Notes: generated by a model not told the origin, from the sequence alone. 63,638 nucleotides of DNA, filler included, from 7 parts of 7 records of this genome joined end to end with filler, not necessarily neighbours in it, one strand, 5' to 3'; positions 47,767 to 58,185 are shown, numbered from the whole stretch's first letter. A program made the numbers and translations.

Positions 47767-49791
47767 ATGAGCGGCGGAATTACCCTGTTTTCAAACATAA
47801 GAATGGTTGGGGTTTTAAGTATTGCCGCATTGATAGGCGTCTTGATCGTAGGGCGGCTCGAACATCTTGGTGATGATGCCTATTTGAACGACACCAAGTT
47901 GCAGACCACACTGGAACTGGTCGAGCTGGGCGAGAACATCCGCAAAGAGATCATCGACCGGATCTTCAAATTAAGCGAACTTGCCACAATTGTGAGCCAG
48001 AACCCGTCCATTGACGGGGAACAGCTTTCTGTTCGCGCTAAGGAATTGATCAAAACCACACCGGATCTGATTTCCATCGGAATCGCGCCGGATCTGGTTG
48101 TCACGCGTGTGATCCCTGCCGAGGGCAATGAACGCGCCATCGGTCTCGATTATCGCAACAACGAACAGCAGTATCCAATGGTCAAACAGGCCATGGAAAC
48201 CGGGAAGGGTTTGATCACCGGGCCTGTCAATCTGGTGCAGGGCGGCAGCGGCCTGATTCTGCGCCAGCCGGTCTATATCGGTGAGGGGGCGGATAAGGCG
48301 CCTTGGGGCATCCTTTCGGTTGTTCTGGACTATGAGAAATTCCTCGCAAAGCTTGAGTTGCCGGAAATCGGGCAGGCCTATGATATTCTGATTCACGATG
48401 TTTCGGCTGAAGGCACCTCTGATCAGGTTCTTTTTGGCCAAAAAGAAATTTTGGCTGCCGGGCCTGTTCTACTGACACTGGACTTTCCCTATGGGGTCTG
48501 GGAACTGGCGGCGGTGCCGGTTGGCGGCTGGCCCCAGCACAAGCCAGACCATATGTCTGATCGTTTGCTTGCCTTTGTGTTGATTGGCCTCGCGTTGTTC
48601 CTGCTTTGGTACATCATCCGTCTGGCCGACACGCGCCGGATCGCCGAGGTTCGGTTGTCCAACGCCATTGATGCATTGGATCACGGGTTCATCATGTTCG
48701 ATCCCAATGACCGCCTGGTGCTGAACAACAAGAAATACCTCGACATCTACAATCTGAACCGCGATGCCATCGAACCCGGCGCATCCTATGAAGATCTGGT
48801 GCTGCGTGGCCTCAAACGCGGGGTTTTCCCATCGGCTGTTGGTCGCGAAGAAGAATGGCTTGCCGAATGGAACGCAAAGCGTGGCGGCGATTTTGATTCC
48901 GAACATTTCCTGTCGGATGGCCGTGTCATCAAAGCCTCGGACCGGACCATGCCGGACGGCAGCATCGTCGGCCTGCGCATTGACGTGTCCGAGCTGAAAG
49001 AGGCGCAATTGGGCGCGGAGGCGGCGAACAAGGCCAAGTCGGACTTTATGGCCGTGCTCAGTCACGAATTGCGCACGCCGCTTACCGTGATCCTCGGCAC
49101 GGCCCGTCTGTCCAAACAAGTGGACCGACTGCCAAAGGCCAAAGAACTCACCGCCGCGATTGACGCATTGCCCGGCGATGAAAGTGAAACGCTCAAGACC
49201 CAGTTGAGCGGGGTCTACGATATGATCTCTGGCATGATGGAAAAGCTGGAACGGTCTGGCGAACATTTGCTGTTCTTGGTCAACGAGATCCTCGATTTCG
49301 CCAAGATCGAAGCCAGCGGCCTGTCGCTTGATATTCAGTCCAATGACATTGGTGAGATTATCCAAACGGCTGCCGGCCAAATGGCACCTATGGTCGAACA
49401 AAAGGGCTTGGAACTAAACGTTCAGCCTATATCGGCTACCTTGAATCTTGACGCCAAACGCATCCAGCAGGTTTTGATGAACCTTCTGGGCAACGCGACA
49501 AAGTTCACCGACAAGGGCAGCGTGTCCCTAATCGCCGAAGTGGTCAGGGACCAGATCGAGATCAGGATCAAAGACACCGGCATGGGCATCCCGCCCGATC
49601 AGGTCGAGAAAGTATTCGAACCCTTCCACCAGGTTGATTCCTCGAACAAACGCGGCATCGGCGGCACCGGCCTCGGCCTTGCGATTTCCCGCGAGATTAT
49701 CGAAGCACACGGCGGCACATTGAGCGCAACAAGTGTCGAAGGTGAAGGCAGTGTGTTTAAGGTGGTCTTGCCGCTGAACCATTCCGGTTGA
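47767..49791 (+). CDS. Sensor histidine kinase, CHASE-PAS-HisKA-HATPase
   Basis: AIGLDY...GPVNLVQGG (CHASE), PAS-like segment, SHELRTPL, NLLGNATKFT, DTGMGI, GTGLGL. Confidence 0.92.
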   Translation: MSGGITLFSNIRMVGVLSIAALIGVLIVGRLEHLGDDAYLNDTKLQTTLELVELGENIRKEIIDRIFKLSELATIVSQNPSIDGEQLSVRAKELIKTTPDLISIGIAPDLVVTRVIPAEGNERAIGLDYRNNEQQYPMVKQAMETGKGLITGPVNLVQGGSGLILRQPVYIGEGADKAPWGILSVVLDYEKFLAKLELPEIGQAYDILIHDVSAEGTSDQVLFGQKEILAAGPVLLTLDFPYGVWELAAVPVGGWPQHKPDHMSDRLLAFVLIGLALFLLWYIIRLADTRRIAEVRLSNAIDALDHGFIMFDPNDRLVLNNKKYLDIYNLNRDAIEPGASYEDLVLRGLKRGVFPSAVGREEEWLAEWNAKRGGDFDSEHFLSDGRVIKASDRTMPDGSIVGLRIDVSELKEAQLGAEAANKAKSDFMAVLSHELRTPLTVILGTARLSKQVDRLPKAKELTAAIDALPGDESETLKTQLSGVYDMISGMMEKLERSGEHLLFLVNEILDFAKIEASGLSLDIQSNDIGEIIQTAAGQMAPMVEQKGLELNVQPISATLNLDAKRIQQVLMNLLGNATKFTDKGSVSLIAEVVRDQIEIRIKDTGMGIPPDQVEKVFEPFHQVDSSNKRGIGGTGLGLAISREIIEAHGGTLSATSVEGEGSVFKVVLPLNHSG

Positions 49792-49847
49792 CTGAGCCGC
49801 CGCCCGTCGCAGCGCCGCCTGCCATCGGCGGCTCAATCATTCTGTGA

Positions 49848-50330
49848 TCACGCCGCTGCGTCCGCCGGGGCGTCCGGTGCCATATCCGCATCAGCGGGCT
49901 GTGCCGCGGGTTTGGATGTAAGCAGCGTCTCCATATAGGATTTACTGCCTTGAGCCGCTGAATTAGCCACCGGGGCAATGCTGTCGATCATGGCACGGGT
50001 CCGCGCTTGTGCGATCCGGTTCTCTGCCGCTTGGCGGTACGCATCCTCCGCGCGTTTTTCTTCTGACGCAGTTAATGCGTTGGATGTGCGACCAGCCGAT
50101 ACGGCCTTTTCATCTGCCACAGGTGCGGCTGCGCCTTGACCCGCAGACGCGGACGAAGGGGATTGTGCAACTTCTGCCGAAGGTTCCGTGGCATTCTGCC
50201 CGGAGGTGCTGGATGGTTCGGTGCTTTGGCCGTTGGTCTCTTCCGCCCCTTTGGCGGAATTGTCCTTTGGTTCGGCCTGTGCTGGCGGCGTATTGCGCGG
50301 CCCACCGAGAATTGGCGAGATTAAGTTCAT
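49848..50330 (-). CDS. Hypothetical low-complexity Ala/Ser/Pro-rich protein (160 aa)
   Basis: AGGAGG before ATG 50330; no recognisable motif. Confidence 0.6.
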   Translation of the reverse strand: MNLISPILGGPRNTPPAQAEPKDNSAKGAEETNGQSTEPSSTSGQNATEPSAEVAQSPSSASAGQGAAAPVADEKAVSAGRTSNALTASEEKRAEDAYRQAAENRIAQARTRAMIDSIAPVANSAAQGSKSYMETLLTSKPAAQPADADMAPDAPADAAA

Positions 50331-50528
50331 ACTTGTGCCTCCTTGTCTTTGAGTTGGCTCTCGTGACGGGGCGGTTAATTTCACAAGCAGGCAGAAATAT
50401 GGTTGATTTGTGTCCTTCAAGGGCAACCGGAACTGCAATTGACAGAAGGGCGACAATTCCGTCAGCGCCAAACGATCCGCATATGGATCGGTTTGTGTCG
50501 ATTTGAACGGCTATTCAAAGGGGTTTGA

Positions 50529-50576
50529 TGGTGCTGCTGGAGAGAATTGAACTCTCGACCTCTCCCTTACCAAGGG
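50529..50576 (-). tRNA. tRNA-Thr(GGT), 3' part
   Basis: Minus strand CCC-TTGGTAA-GGG anticodon arm, GAGAG-TTCAATT-CTCTC T arm, CAGCAGC-ACCA end. Confidence 0.9.
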
Positions 50577-50676
50577 NNNNNNNNNNNNNNNNNNNNNNNN
50601 NNNNNNNNNNNNNNNNNNNNTTAATTAATTAANNNNNNNNNNNNNNNNNNNNNNNNNNNNNNNNNNNNNNNNNNNN
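50577..50676. other. Artificial contig linker
   Basis: N44-TTAATTAATTAA-N44. Confidence 0.99.
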
Positions 50677-50757
50677 GACCTCAAAGATGTGAAGCTCGAT
50701 GCTTTGGAAAAGCAACTCGTGGAGCTACAGCAGCAACTCCGCGATCGTTCGCAGTAG
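50677..50757 (+). CDS. C-terminal fragment of an unknown protein
   Basis: Open frame from the contig edge: DLKDVKLDALEKQLVELQQQLRDRSQ-stop, coiled-coil-like. Confidence 0.45.
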   Translation, partial: DLKDVKLDALEKQLVELQQQLRDRSQ

Positions 50758-50782
50758 TGGAGCCAAACGATTTGAGGTCTCT

Positions 50783-52105
50783 TTAGCGGATCGTAGTCAC
50801 GTAGTGTTGTCTAACCCCCGCGTTACGGCTCTTGGAAATCTCCTGCGGAATCGGCTGCGTGCGCTGAGCCACGTTGGAATAGGTCCAGATGGACGCTTCG
50901 GCGTCGCTCGCGTTGTATCCGAACTGGTAGCCGTGAACGGTCTCGAGCGGTGCCTCGCTTAATCCAGACGCATCGTTTAGCTCGTTCGGCCAGCTAGAAT
51001 TTTTCAATTGATATCGCTTGATCGCTATTGCTGCCAGGGTAAGTCGACGCCAGTCTTCCGCCCAGATAAGCGTGTTCATGTCAAAGTTGTACGAGACGTC
51101 AAATACTTGCCTTGCTTTGCCCAACGTCTCAACCGCTTCATCCGAAGCTCGCGTGTTCTCTTGTGCGTTGAGAGTATTCGCCAAGGCGGAGAGACTAGTT
51201 GTTTCGTAATCAGCGAACGCCATCGAACGTCTCAGTGCGCTGTTGTGAAGGCTCGGCAGCCGCAGAGGCCAGCGAAGCAATCTGGGTAGATTGTTCGATT
51301 CACGAAGGCGCCCGGTTTTGCGAACTTCTTGGATTTTCCTTGCGACCATAACCAATTGCGATTCTTTGTAAGACTCGACGTCGATCGTCGGAGCAGCCAG
51401 CGAAGCGAGTTCATCAAGCTGCTCGTCGTTCCACAAGTTGGTTGCAAGCGATCGCATGATCATCTTCCAAGTGCAATGATTGCACGAGGCGTAGATGGCA
51501 TTTATCCTGCCATCGACATCTTTCGGAACTGCATCATTCAATTTGGAAGAGAGTCGAATCCAGCGTAATGCATCTTCGGCGTCTCCATCCATCAGCGACA
51601 CTTCTAGTTGTAAACTGAGGACGTTGTGGAAACCTCGGATGCCTTGGTATGAGGTCAGCTCGGTACCAGTGCCGTCAAAGAGGACGGGGAGGCGGATCGG
51701 CTTGGGGCAGTCTAGTGCTTCTTCAAGCAGCCGCATCACAGGAGACGCTAGCTCCAAGTAGTCTACGATCATTCGGTACGGTGTGCTGCCGCGTTGCAGG
51801 TCATTGTTGATCGGTTCTGGTCCGACGAGCGGCACTGCCTCGGTTGCAGGTTGCAACGCGTTGATCATATGAATTGCAGCAAGTAGTTTTTCAGCGCCTT
51901 CGGAGTGAGTCTTTTCCAGGAACGCGCGCCGCTGCGAATCCGCGTCGAGTCTGACTCCGCTTGCCTTGAGTTCATCGAGGAGGTTTGTCGTGTCAGCCGA
52001 GCATCGCCACTCGCGATAAACGACTCCAGCACCCACGATTACAGCCAGGAGTATCGGCAGAATCATCCAAGTGGAGTACTGTCGCATGCGTGTGAGAATG
52101 GACAT
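50783..52105 (-). CDS. Membrane-anchored helical hypothetical protein, last gene of the GntR/ABC operon
   Basis: One N-terminal TM; C-terminal LAAIAIKRYQLKNSSWPNELND pseudopilin-like motif. Confidence 0.7.
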   Translation of the reverse strand: MSILTRMRQYSTWMILPILLAVIVGAGVVYREWRCSADTTNLLDELKASGVRLDADSQRRAFLEKTHSEGAEKLLAAIHMINALQPATEAVPLVGPEPINNDLQRGSTPYRMIVDYLELASPVMRLLEEALDCPKPIRLPVLFDGTGTELTSYQGIRGFHNVLSLQLEVSLMDGDAEDALRWIRLSSKLNDAVPKDVDGRINAIYASCNHCTWKMIMRSLATNLWNDEQLDELASLAAPTIDVESYKESQLVMVARKIQEVRKTGRLRESNNLPRLLRWPLRLPSLHNSALRRSMAFADYETTSLSALANTLNAQENTRASDEAVETLGKARQVFDVSYNFDMNTLIWAEDWRRLTLAAIAIKRYQLKNSSWPNELNDASGLSEAPLETVHGYQFGYNASDAEASIWTYSNVAQRTQPIPQEISKSRNAGVRQHYVTTIR

Positions 52106-52182
52106 GAACCTGATCCTTGAAGGGCGAATCTGATGGTGCTTTCGTTAGCTGCACGTGCCAACTGCGTTAATTCATCGATGGC

Positions 52183-54480
52183 TTATTTGAGTGTTTCCGC
52201 AATGCGTTCCCAGCCTGCTTGCCAGTGACGTCCCGGGACGCCACGCCAGGTGTTTGCCAGAGGCAATAGCGGATCATCGCCACGGTAGAGGTCTCCGTCG
52301 GGCCCGAGTCCATAGTAGGCTTCCGAGACGTTCCAGAACTCAGCGACGATTCGACGTTCCTCGCTTGTGTCGTTGTCACCAGCTTCGGAGATTAGCCACA
52401 ACTGTTCCAGCATCCACTCCGATTCACGTCGACGCTTTATTCCGGAGAGTTGGCTTAGGGAGTCGTTGGCGTAAGCTCTATAGTATCCGCCAATATCAGT
52501 AGCTCGCGTTGCATGGAGAGCAGCCGAAATAGCATGTTGTCTCGAACGTTTGCGTGCTTCACGATCCGACAGGAGCTCCACCGCAGACTGCCTTATGCGT
52601 TCCGGCAGCAATTCTGCGGATGGACTGAGTAGCTCGCGCAGTAAGGCGATCTCGATTCTGTCCGCAGTGTCTTGTTCCAAGAGCCTAGGATGCTCCCTCA
52701 GGCGACTTGCGATCTTTGTCGCCACCGAGACGACTTGCGCAAACCTTTGGGTTCGATTCGGTTCGGATCTCAATCGTAGGCTCTCCAGTGCAAGTTGGTT
52801 GCGAACGAAATGCTCGACTTGCCAGTCGCAGGTGAATGCTACATCCTCTTGCTGCAGTCGAGACTCCAAACGTGACAGCGCAAGAGAAAGTAGTTCCGAA
52901 GGAAGACGCTCTTGCGGATCATTGTTTCTTACCTCTTGAGTTGGGCCAGTGGTAAGCGGCATGTGCGGCAGGCGAAGCGAGGGCGACAGCGGTTCCATAG
53001 CGGAAAGAAATTCCGCGGATGGCTTCGGCGACGTCGCAAGTGTGATCACCAGAGGGATGGATGGAATGATAGCGAGTAAGGCCAAGGTAGCCGCGTGGAT
53101 GCACCAGAACGGGCGGCCTCGAGTGCAGTCCATCCAGCGACGAGCTGCTAGTCGAGTCGCAAGAAGAGGTAGTGCAGCTATTGCAACTGCGAGCCACAGC
53201 GGTGTCCCCAGCGTCTCAATGCAGGTCACGAAGTAAACGGTTGCACCAGCACCCACCGCAAATCCGACGATTGCCGCAACGATCGGAGTGGTAGCAATCT
53301 GGCTGGCCCACTGTGCCGAAACGAAGACCCAGGCACTGACCGCAAGAACGATTCCCAGAGCAGTTAGGGCTGCGAATGTGTTGAGTTCCAACCGCTGGTC
53401 AATAAGCCAGGTTAGGAACAGCAAAGCGAGGCACGCGAGAGCGGTCACCCCTGGCATGATCAGGCGTGTCCACCAGAGTCGCCCAGGTGTAATTCCACGA
53501 TCTGCCATGAAGCGGACGCGTTGGTTAAGCTGGTCTCCCTGAAACGTGCTCACGCCCAAGATGCAGATGGCGAGACCGCCTGCAAGAAAGGCGATCGGTG
53601 GGAAGGGCTCAAGTAGGCCGACGAGCCCAAGCGATGCCGGAACAGAGACTATCGCCAGGGCGGACAGCAGCAACCATTTGGATTGCGTGAAATTTTGCCA
53701 AAGTAGAGCGGAGCGTGCAGTGAGCAGCCTGTTTGGGACTGTGCGAGGCTTCGATAGGCGGCTATCCAACTTTGGGCGTTGCACGGGGCGAGCAGGGGAG
53801 AGGGCGGCGATTGCATTCCGGTAACACACGACCAGGGCGATGACGCAACCAATTGCTTGGCAGCCAAGTAAGGCAGGAATGCTAGGGCCAGCCGTTACGC
53901 TATAGCTTCCAGAGTTTTCAAGGATCGTTTGCGTGACGACAGAAGCGAGAGCCATTGGTGCAAAAGCGACTGGCAGCAGAAGGGCGAGAGCTTTGAGCGA
54001 GTTCTGAAGGTGCCAAGCAAGTGCAAATCCTGACAGCAGGATGAATAGCGAGTGAAGTGGCCACGTAGCTACGATCAGCGAATCGGCCGTGATGCTTGAC
54101 GAAATCAAATTCCACAATCCACCTTGGGGTAGGCTGAAAACGGCAGCGATTGCTACCGCCACGGACCAGAGAACCGAAAGTACACCGCAGGCGATTGCGA
54201 GCTTGCTCCAGAAGATCTTGTCCGCTGGTAGCGGGAGGGAGTTGAGCCAGTACAAAGTCCGCTGCTCTTTCTCCTGTCCCACCATCAGTGCACCTGCGCC
54301 GACAGCAAACAGGCCCGGCAGACCGAGCATGATTCCCATTGTTGCGTACCTGGGCATTGGATCGCTGGATGCCATGAATGCCGCTTGCAGGCAGATGCCC
54401 AGGGCAACCAGCGTGATTGCCAGCGGAATCACTTGCTTGAGTTCTTTCCAGCAGAGTCTCTGAGTGGTTTTTGCAAACAT
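52183..54480 (-). CDS. ABC-2-type permease with duplicated membrane region and soluble C-terminal domain
   Basis: LCWKELKQ / LLWQNFTQ starts of two TM blocks; EKEQRTLYWLNSLP and DQLNQRVRFMADRG loops. Confidence 0.75.
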   Translation of the reverse strand: MFAKTTQRLCWKELKQVIPLAITLVALGICLQAAFMASSDPMPRYATMGIMLGLPGLFAVGAGALMVGQEKEQRTLYWLNSLPLPADKIFWSKLAIACGVLSVLWSVAVAIAAVFSLPQGGLWNLISSSITADSLIVATWPLHSLFILLSGFALAWHLQNSLKALALLLPVAFAPMALASVVTQTILENSGSYSVTAGPSIPALLGCQAIGCVIALVVCYRNAIAALSPARPVQRPKLDSRLSKPRTVPNRLLTARSALLWQNFTQSKWLLLSALAIVSVPASLGLVGLLEPFPPIAFLAGGLAICILGVSTFQGDQLNQRVRFMADRGITPGRLWWTRLIMPGVTALACLALLFLTWLIDQRLELNTFAALTALGIVLAVSAWVFVSAQWASQIATTPIVAAIVGFAVGAGATVYFVTCIETLGTPLWLAVAIAALPLLATRLAARRWMDCTRGRPFWCIHAATLALLAIIPSIPLVITLATSPKPSAEFLSAMEPLSPSLRLPHMPLTTGPTQEVRNNDPQERLPSELLSLALSRLESRLQQEDVAFTCDWQVEHFVRNQLALESLRLRSEPNRTQRFAQVVSVATKIASRLREHPRLLEQDTADRIEIALLRELLSPSAELLPERIRQSAVELLSDREARKRSRQHAISAALHATRATDIGGYYRAYANDSLSQLSGIKRRRESEWMLEQLWLISEAGDNDTSEERRIVAEFWNVSEAYYGLGPDGDLYRGDDPLLPLANTWRGVPGRHWQAGWERIAETLK

Positions 54481-54551
54481 GTTCAGATAACCATTAAGAG
54501 CCGTGTTTCAAGGTGCGAGAGGCAACGTAGCGTTGTTGCTAGAAAACCGAT

Positions 54552-55493
54552 TTAGCCAGCTAGTTCGGGAGAGTGCTGCCCGTTCCGAGGTGCTGCTTGC
54601 CGGTGAGGTGTTCCGCGTGTGCAGGCAACGAAGAGATCATCCAGCGAAACGGGCCTGACAGAAACCTGCTGGATGGTAGACCGCGTGAGAAGATCGTCTC
54701 TCATGTCGTCCGAAAATCCACGTACAGTGAGTCGGTGTTGTCGCCCTTCGGTCTCTTCTCTCAAAATGTTTGCTGGTGAAGGTAGTTGTGGTATGGCGGC
54801 GAGCGGATCATCGAGGCTAATTGTCACTTCGCTGACCGCGTCTCTCAAATCGCTAAGGTTGCCTTTAAGGGCACACTTTCCTTTGTGGAGAATTGCGATG
54901 TCATCCGCTACGCGTTCAACTTCAGATATTTGATGGCTAGACAGAAAGACCGTGCGGCCAGTTGCGACCCTATCGAGCATGCTCTCCAGGAATTCACGCC
55001 GGACGAGTGGGTCGAGACCACTTGTTGGTTCATCCAGAATCAGCAACTCTGGGTCGTGTGCAAGCGCGAGGCTTAGTGCGACCTTAGCACGTTGTCCTTT
55101 GCTCAGGTGCTTTATTTTGCGCTGTAATGGTAATTCGTGTTTTGCGCACAAATCGTGGTACCGATCCAGAAAGCCTTCATCGTAGAAGGATGCTGCAAAC
55201 CAGCCGATTTCATCGATCTGCATCCAGTCGTACAGAGCGGGCGCGTCAGAGACATAGCCGACGCGCTGACGAATCTCCAGGGCGTCTTTGCTAGGGTCTA
55301 ATCCAAGGACTGAACATTGGCCAGCACCGGACTGCTGGAAGCCCGTTAGGACTCGAATGAGCGTTGTCTTGCCAGCGCCGTTTTCACCGAGCAGTGAAAA
55401 CACCCTACCAGGCTCAACGTTTAGATCGACGCCGCGTAACGCATCGCAGCCTGGGAAGCGAACTTCAAGACCTTGGATTGATATGACAGACAT
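54552..55493 (-). CDS. ABC transporter ATP-binding protein (YtrB-like)
   Basis: GENGAGKTT, LSKGQ, LILDEPTSGLDP, SSH. Confidence 0.93.
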   Translation of the reverse strand: MSVISIQGLEVRFPGCDALRGVDLNVEPGRVFSLLGENGAGKTTLIRVLTGFQQSGAGQCSVLGLDPSKDALEIRQRVGYVSDAPALYDWMQIDEIGWFAASFYDEGFLDRYHDLCAKHELPLQRKIKHLSKGQRAKVALSLALAHDPELLILDEPTSGLDPLVRREFLESMLDRVATGRTVFLSSHQISEVERVADDIAILHKGKCALKGNLSDLRDAVSEVTISLDDPLAAIPQLPSPANILREETEGRQHRLTVRGFSDDMRDDLLTRSTIQQVSVRPVSLDDLFVACTRGTPHRQAAPRNGQHSPELAG

Positions 55494-55565
55494 GTGCGAG
55501 TTTCCTCGTGATTTCGACAAGACGTTTCGACAAGGGGCTTGGTGGAACAGGCTTGGGGCAGCGGG

Positions 55566-56045
55566 CTAACTCTCTTCGGTAGCAGAGTCCGTTTCGCGTG
55601 GTGATTCTTGGCTCGATGAGGGGGCCGTGGCTTGAGCGGCAGACTGGGAAGAGATCGTCTCAACCGTTCCCTCAAGTTCGCTGAGCCTAGTGGTCACGAT
55701 CCGGCGGATTTCTGTCCCGGAAAGCCCGGCGTGCAACGCTTCGGTAATGACCGAGGAAAACCGATCTGTGATCAGGCCCTTTCGAGCGGCGACGCAGATG
55801 CTGGTGGCCTCGTCCCGAACTGCCATTCCACGACCGCGCAGCAATTCCAGGACCCCTTCGCTTTGAAGTTGCTGGATGGCTCGGTTAATGGTGTTGGGGT
55901 TAATCGCGAGTTGCTGACTGAGGGCCCTGGCGCTGGGCAGCAACTGCCCGGGCCTAATTGTCTTGTCAGCGATCGCGAATTTGACCTGCCGCACAATCTG
56001 TTCGTAGATCGCGACGCCGTTGTGTGGGTCAATCGAGAAAAACAT
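55566..56045 (-). CDS. GntR-family regulator, YtrA subfamily
   Basis: IYEQIV...PGQLLPSARALSQQLAINPNT wHTH with short C-domain, leading an ABC operon; start ATG 56045. Confidence 0.9.
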   Translation of the reverse strand: MFFSIDPHNGVAIYEQIVRQVKFAIADKTIRPGQLLPSARALSQQLAINPNTINRAIQQLQSEGVLELLRGRGMAVRDEATSICVAARKGLITDRFSSVITEALHAGLSGTEIRRIVTTRLSELEGTVETISSQSAAQATAPSSSQESPRETDSATEES

Positions 56046-56077
56046 CACCTTACCTTCTGCGGAGTGACGACTGCCTG

Positions 56078-56099
56078 GTGTGGTATGGGGATAGTACAC
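56078..56099. promoter_or_regulatory. Putative YtrA-type operator
   Basis: Minus strand GTGTACTA-TCCCCA-TACCACAC, imperfect palindrome about 33 nt upstream of the gntR start. Confidence 0.6.
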
Positions 56100-56456
56100 T
56101 AGTTAGCTGTGTGGGTCAAGCTGTTTTATGGCTCGCAATCAGTGGCCGCCCTGGCTGCCGGGTTTGGCCTGCGGTTGGGAGTCAAAAAGCGCTGAGTTGG
56201 CTGGATGGATTGGTTGTGTTGATTGCGGGGCAGTCTGCCGCCTGCGGAAAGTGTGATGTTTCCCAGCGGATGATCGGCATGTTTCTCACGTGAATCTGCT
56301 TGCGTTACGGTTGCTGCACCGAATACTTCAGAGACCATTTTCGCGGCGTGCGATCTGCAAGTCCCCCTCCACGGCGTGACTTACTCCAGATTTGACGGAA
56401 CAGATTCTCTGGCCCGGCACGTTCGGCACGCGGCCATAACCTTACGGAGATCAGCT

Positions 56457-57170
56457 ATGGCGAACTTCACAAGGCGTTTGATCCTTCCTTCACGTCGTCT
56501 TTCTGCTTCTCGCAGGTTTCTCTTTCATGCCCTGGCATTCTTGGCTGCTTTCGTTTGGGTGCAAGTTAGTGTGAGGGCAGCACAGGAGGTGATTACTGGC
56601 GGTGTTCCAATTCCCGCCCAGGATGATGCTGCGACACGGAACTTTGTTAAGGCTGAGGAGCAGTACTTGGCAGGGCTGCGTGCTGCTGATGCGATGCTCA
56701 CGGCGCGCATGCCAAAGGAGGCGGCCAAGAGTTATGCAAGACTGAGCCTTCGTTTCGGTGATTCGCAAGAGCTGTTCACTCGCCGGTTTGTCGCTCAGGT
56801 GCAAAGCCGTGATTTCCCTCAGGCGACCATGATCGTTGCACTCTCGCGGCTCTTCGACAAGCCGCTTCGATTGGCTGACAATCCGCGTGTGTCTCGGAGG
56901 CAACTAGATGACCTGGTTGGAAATGGTGTCGTGGTCGGCGTGTCAACTGAGTGGATTGCACAGAAGGCGGCTTCGCGGCTCGACGACAAAGATAGCCTGG
57001 CCGCAGTGTCAGCGTGGATGCGATTGTCTGGTGATCTTGAAAAGAGCGTTCTGTTTGAGCGCCGCGCCAGCCAGCTTCAGCCCTCCGCATCCGTCCTTAT
57101 GGATTCGCCTCCCGAAGGAATGCGTGAAGAAGTCGTCTCCGAAGAAGTTGTCGCTGAAGAAGTTGTCGCT
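56457..57170 (+). CDS. Hypothetical exported protein, 3' truncated
   Basis: GGAG before ATG 56457; basic N-terminus + hydrophobic stretch + VRA-A; open to linker. Confidence 0.6.
57126..57170 (+). repeat. 15-bp coding tandem repeat (EEVV[S/A]) x3, cut at contig end
   Basis: GAAGAAGTCGTCTCC GAAGAAGTTGTCGCT GAAGAAGTTGTCGCT. Confidence 0.9.
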
Positions 57171-57270
57171 NNNNNNNNNNNNNNNNNNNNNNNNNNNNNN
57201 NNNNNNNNNNNNNNTTAATTAATTAANNNNNNNNNNNNNNNNNNNNNNNNNNNNNNNNNNNNNNNNNNNN
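57171..57270. other. Artificial contig linker
   Basis: N44-TTAATTAATTAA-N44. Confidence 0.99.
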
Positions 57271-58185
57271 GTCCATATTGGCCTGAATTTTAAAAACAAA
57301 ACCAGAAACATTGCTCTCTGTTGGCATAACTTGCCGTTCAATGGCCTTCCCGGGTCGTGGTTTTGGAGCAAACTCCCCTACACCCTGCAGCAATTCTTGA
57401 ACACCGAAGTTATTAACCGCAGAACCGAAAAACACCGGTGTTTGGTTGCCCTCCAGATAGGCTTTCAAATCAAACGGCGGGCATAATTCGCGCACCATTT
57501 CAATATCTTCGCGCAGTTTCTCAAGCGCATGGTCCGGCAGCAACTCGTCCAGCTTTGAATCGTCGAGGCCGGAACATTTAATGCCCTCGGTTAGCGCGTC
57601 ACCCTTGCCACGATCAAACAACACAAGCTGATCGCGAATAAGGTCGTAACACCCGAGGAAATCGCGCCCCATGCCAATGGGCCAGCTGGCGGGCGAAACA
57701 TCAAGTGCAAGCGTTTGCTCAACTTCATCCAATAGCTCAAATGGGTCTTTGGCTTCCCGGTCCATTTTATTAATGAAGGTAGTGATTGGCATGTCACGCA
57801 GGCGGCAAACCTCGAACAGTTTGCGGGTTTGATTCTCAATACCTTTGGCTGCATCAAGCACCATAACTGCGCTGTCAACGGCGGAAAGCGTGCGGTAGGT
57901 ATCTTCCGAGAAGTCTTCGTGACCGGGGGTATCAAGCAGGTTAAACGTGCGGCCTTCATAGTCAAAAGTCATCACTGATGAGGCAACGGAGATACCACGC
58001 TCTTGCTCCACTTTCATCCAGTCTGAGCGGGCGCGCCTGCGATTTCCGCGAGCTTTAACTTCACCGGCCGCCTGAATAGCGCCACCAAAGAGCAACAGCT
58101 TTTCCGTCAGCGTGGTTTTACCAGCATCTGGGTGTGAAATAATCGCAAAAGTGCGTCTTTTATCTATTTCTTGCTCAAAAACCAT
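57271..58185 (-). CDS. prfC: Peptide chain release factor 3, 3' truncated
   Basis: [60 protein letters not shown]. Confidence 0.97.

Noticed and set aside
48469-49401. Long antisense ORFs (also 17591-18460, 34961-35692, 45395-46012 and others)
   Set aside because: Shadow frames opposite well-supported GC-rich genes, with no recognisable motifs
46346-50576. Genomic island integrated at tRNA-Thr
   Set aside because: No integrase and no duplicated tRNA 3' end seen by eye in this contig
56046-56099. N-terminal extension of GntR in the ORF track
   Set aside because: Overlaps the operator palindrome; ATG 56045 has an SD-like AAGG and gives a normal YtrA N-terminus
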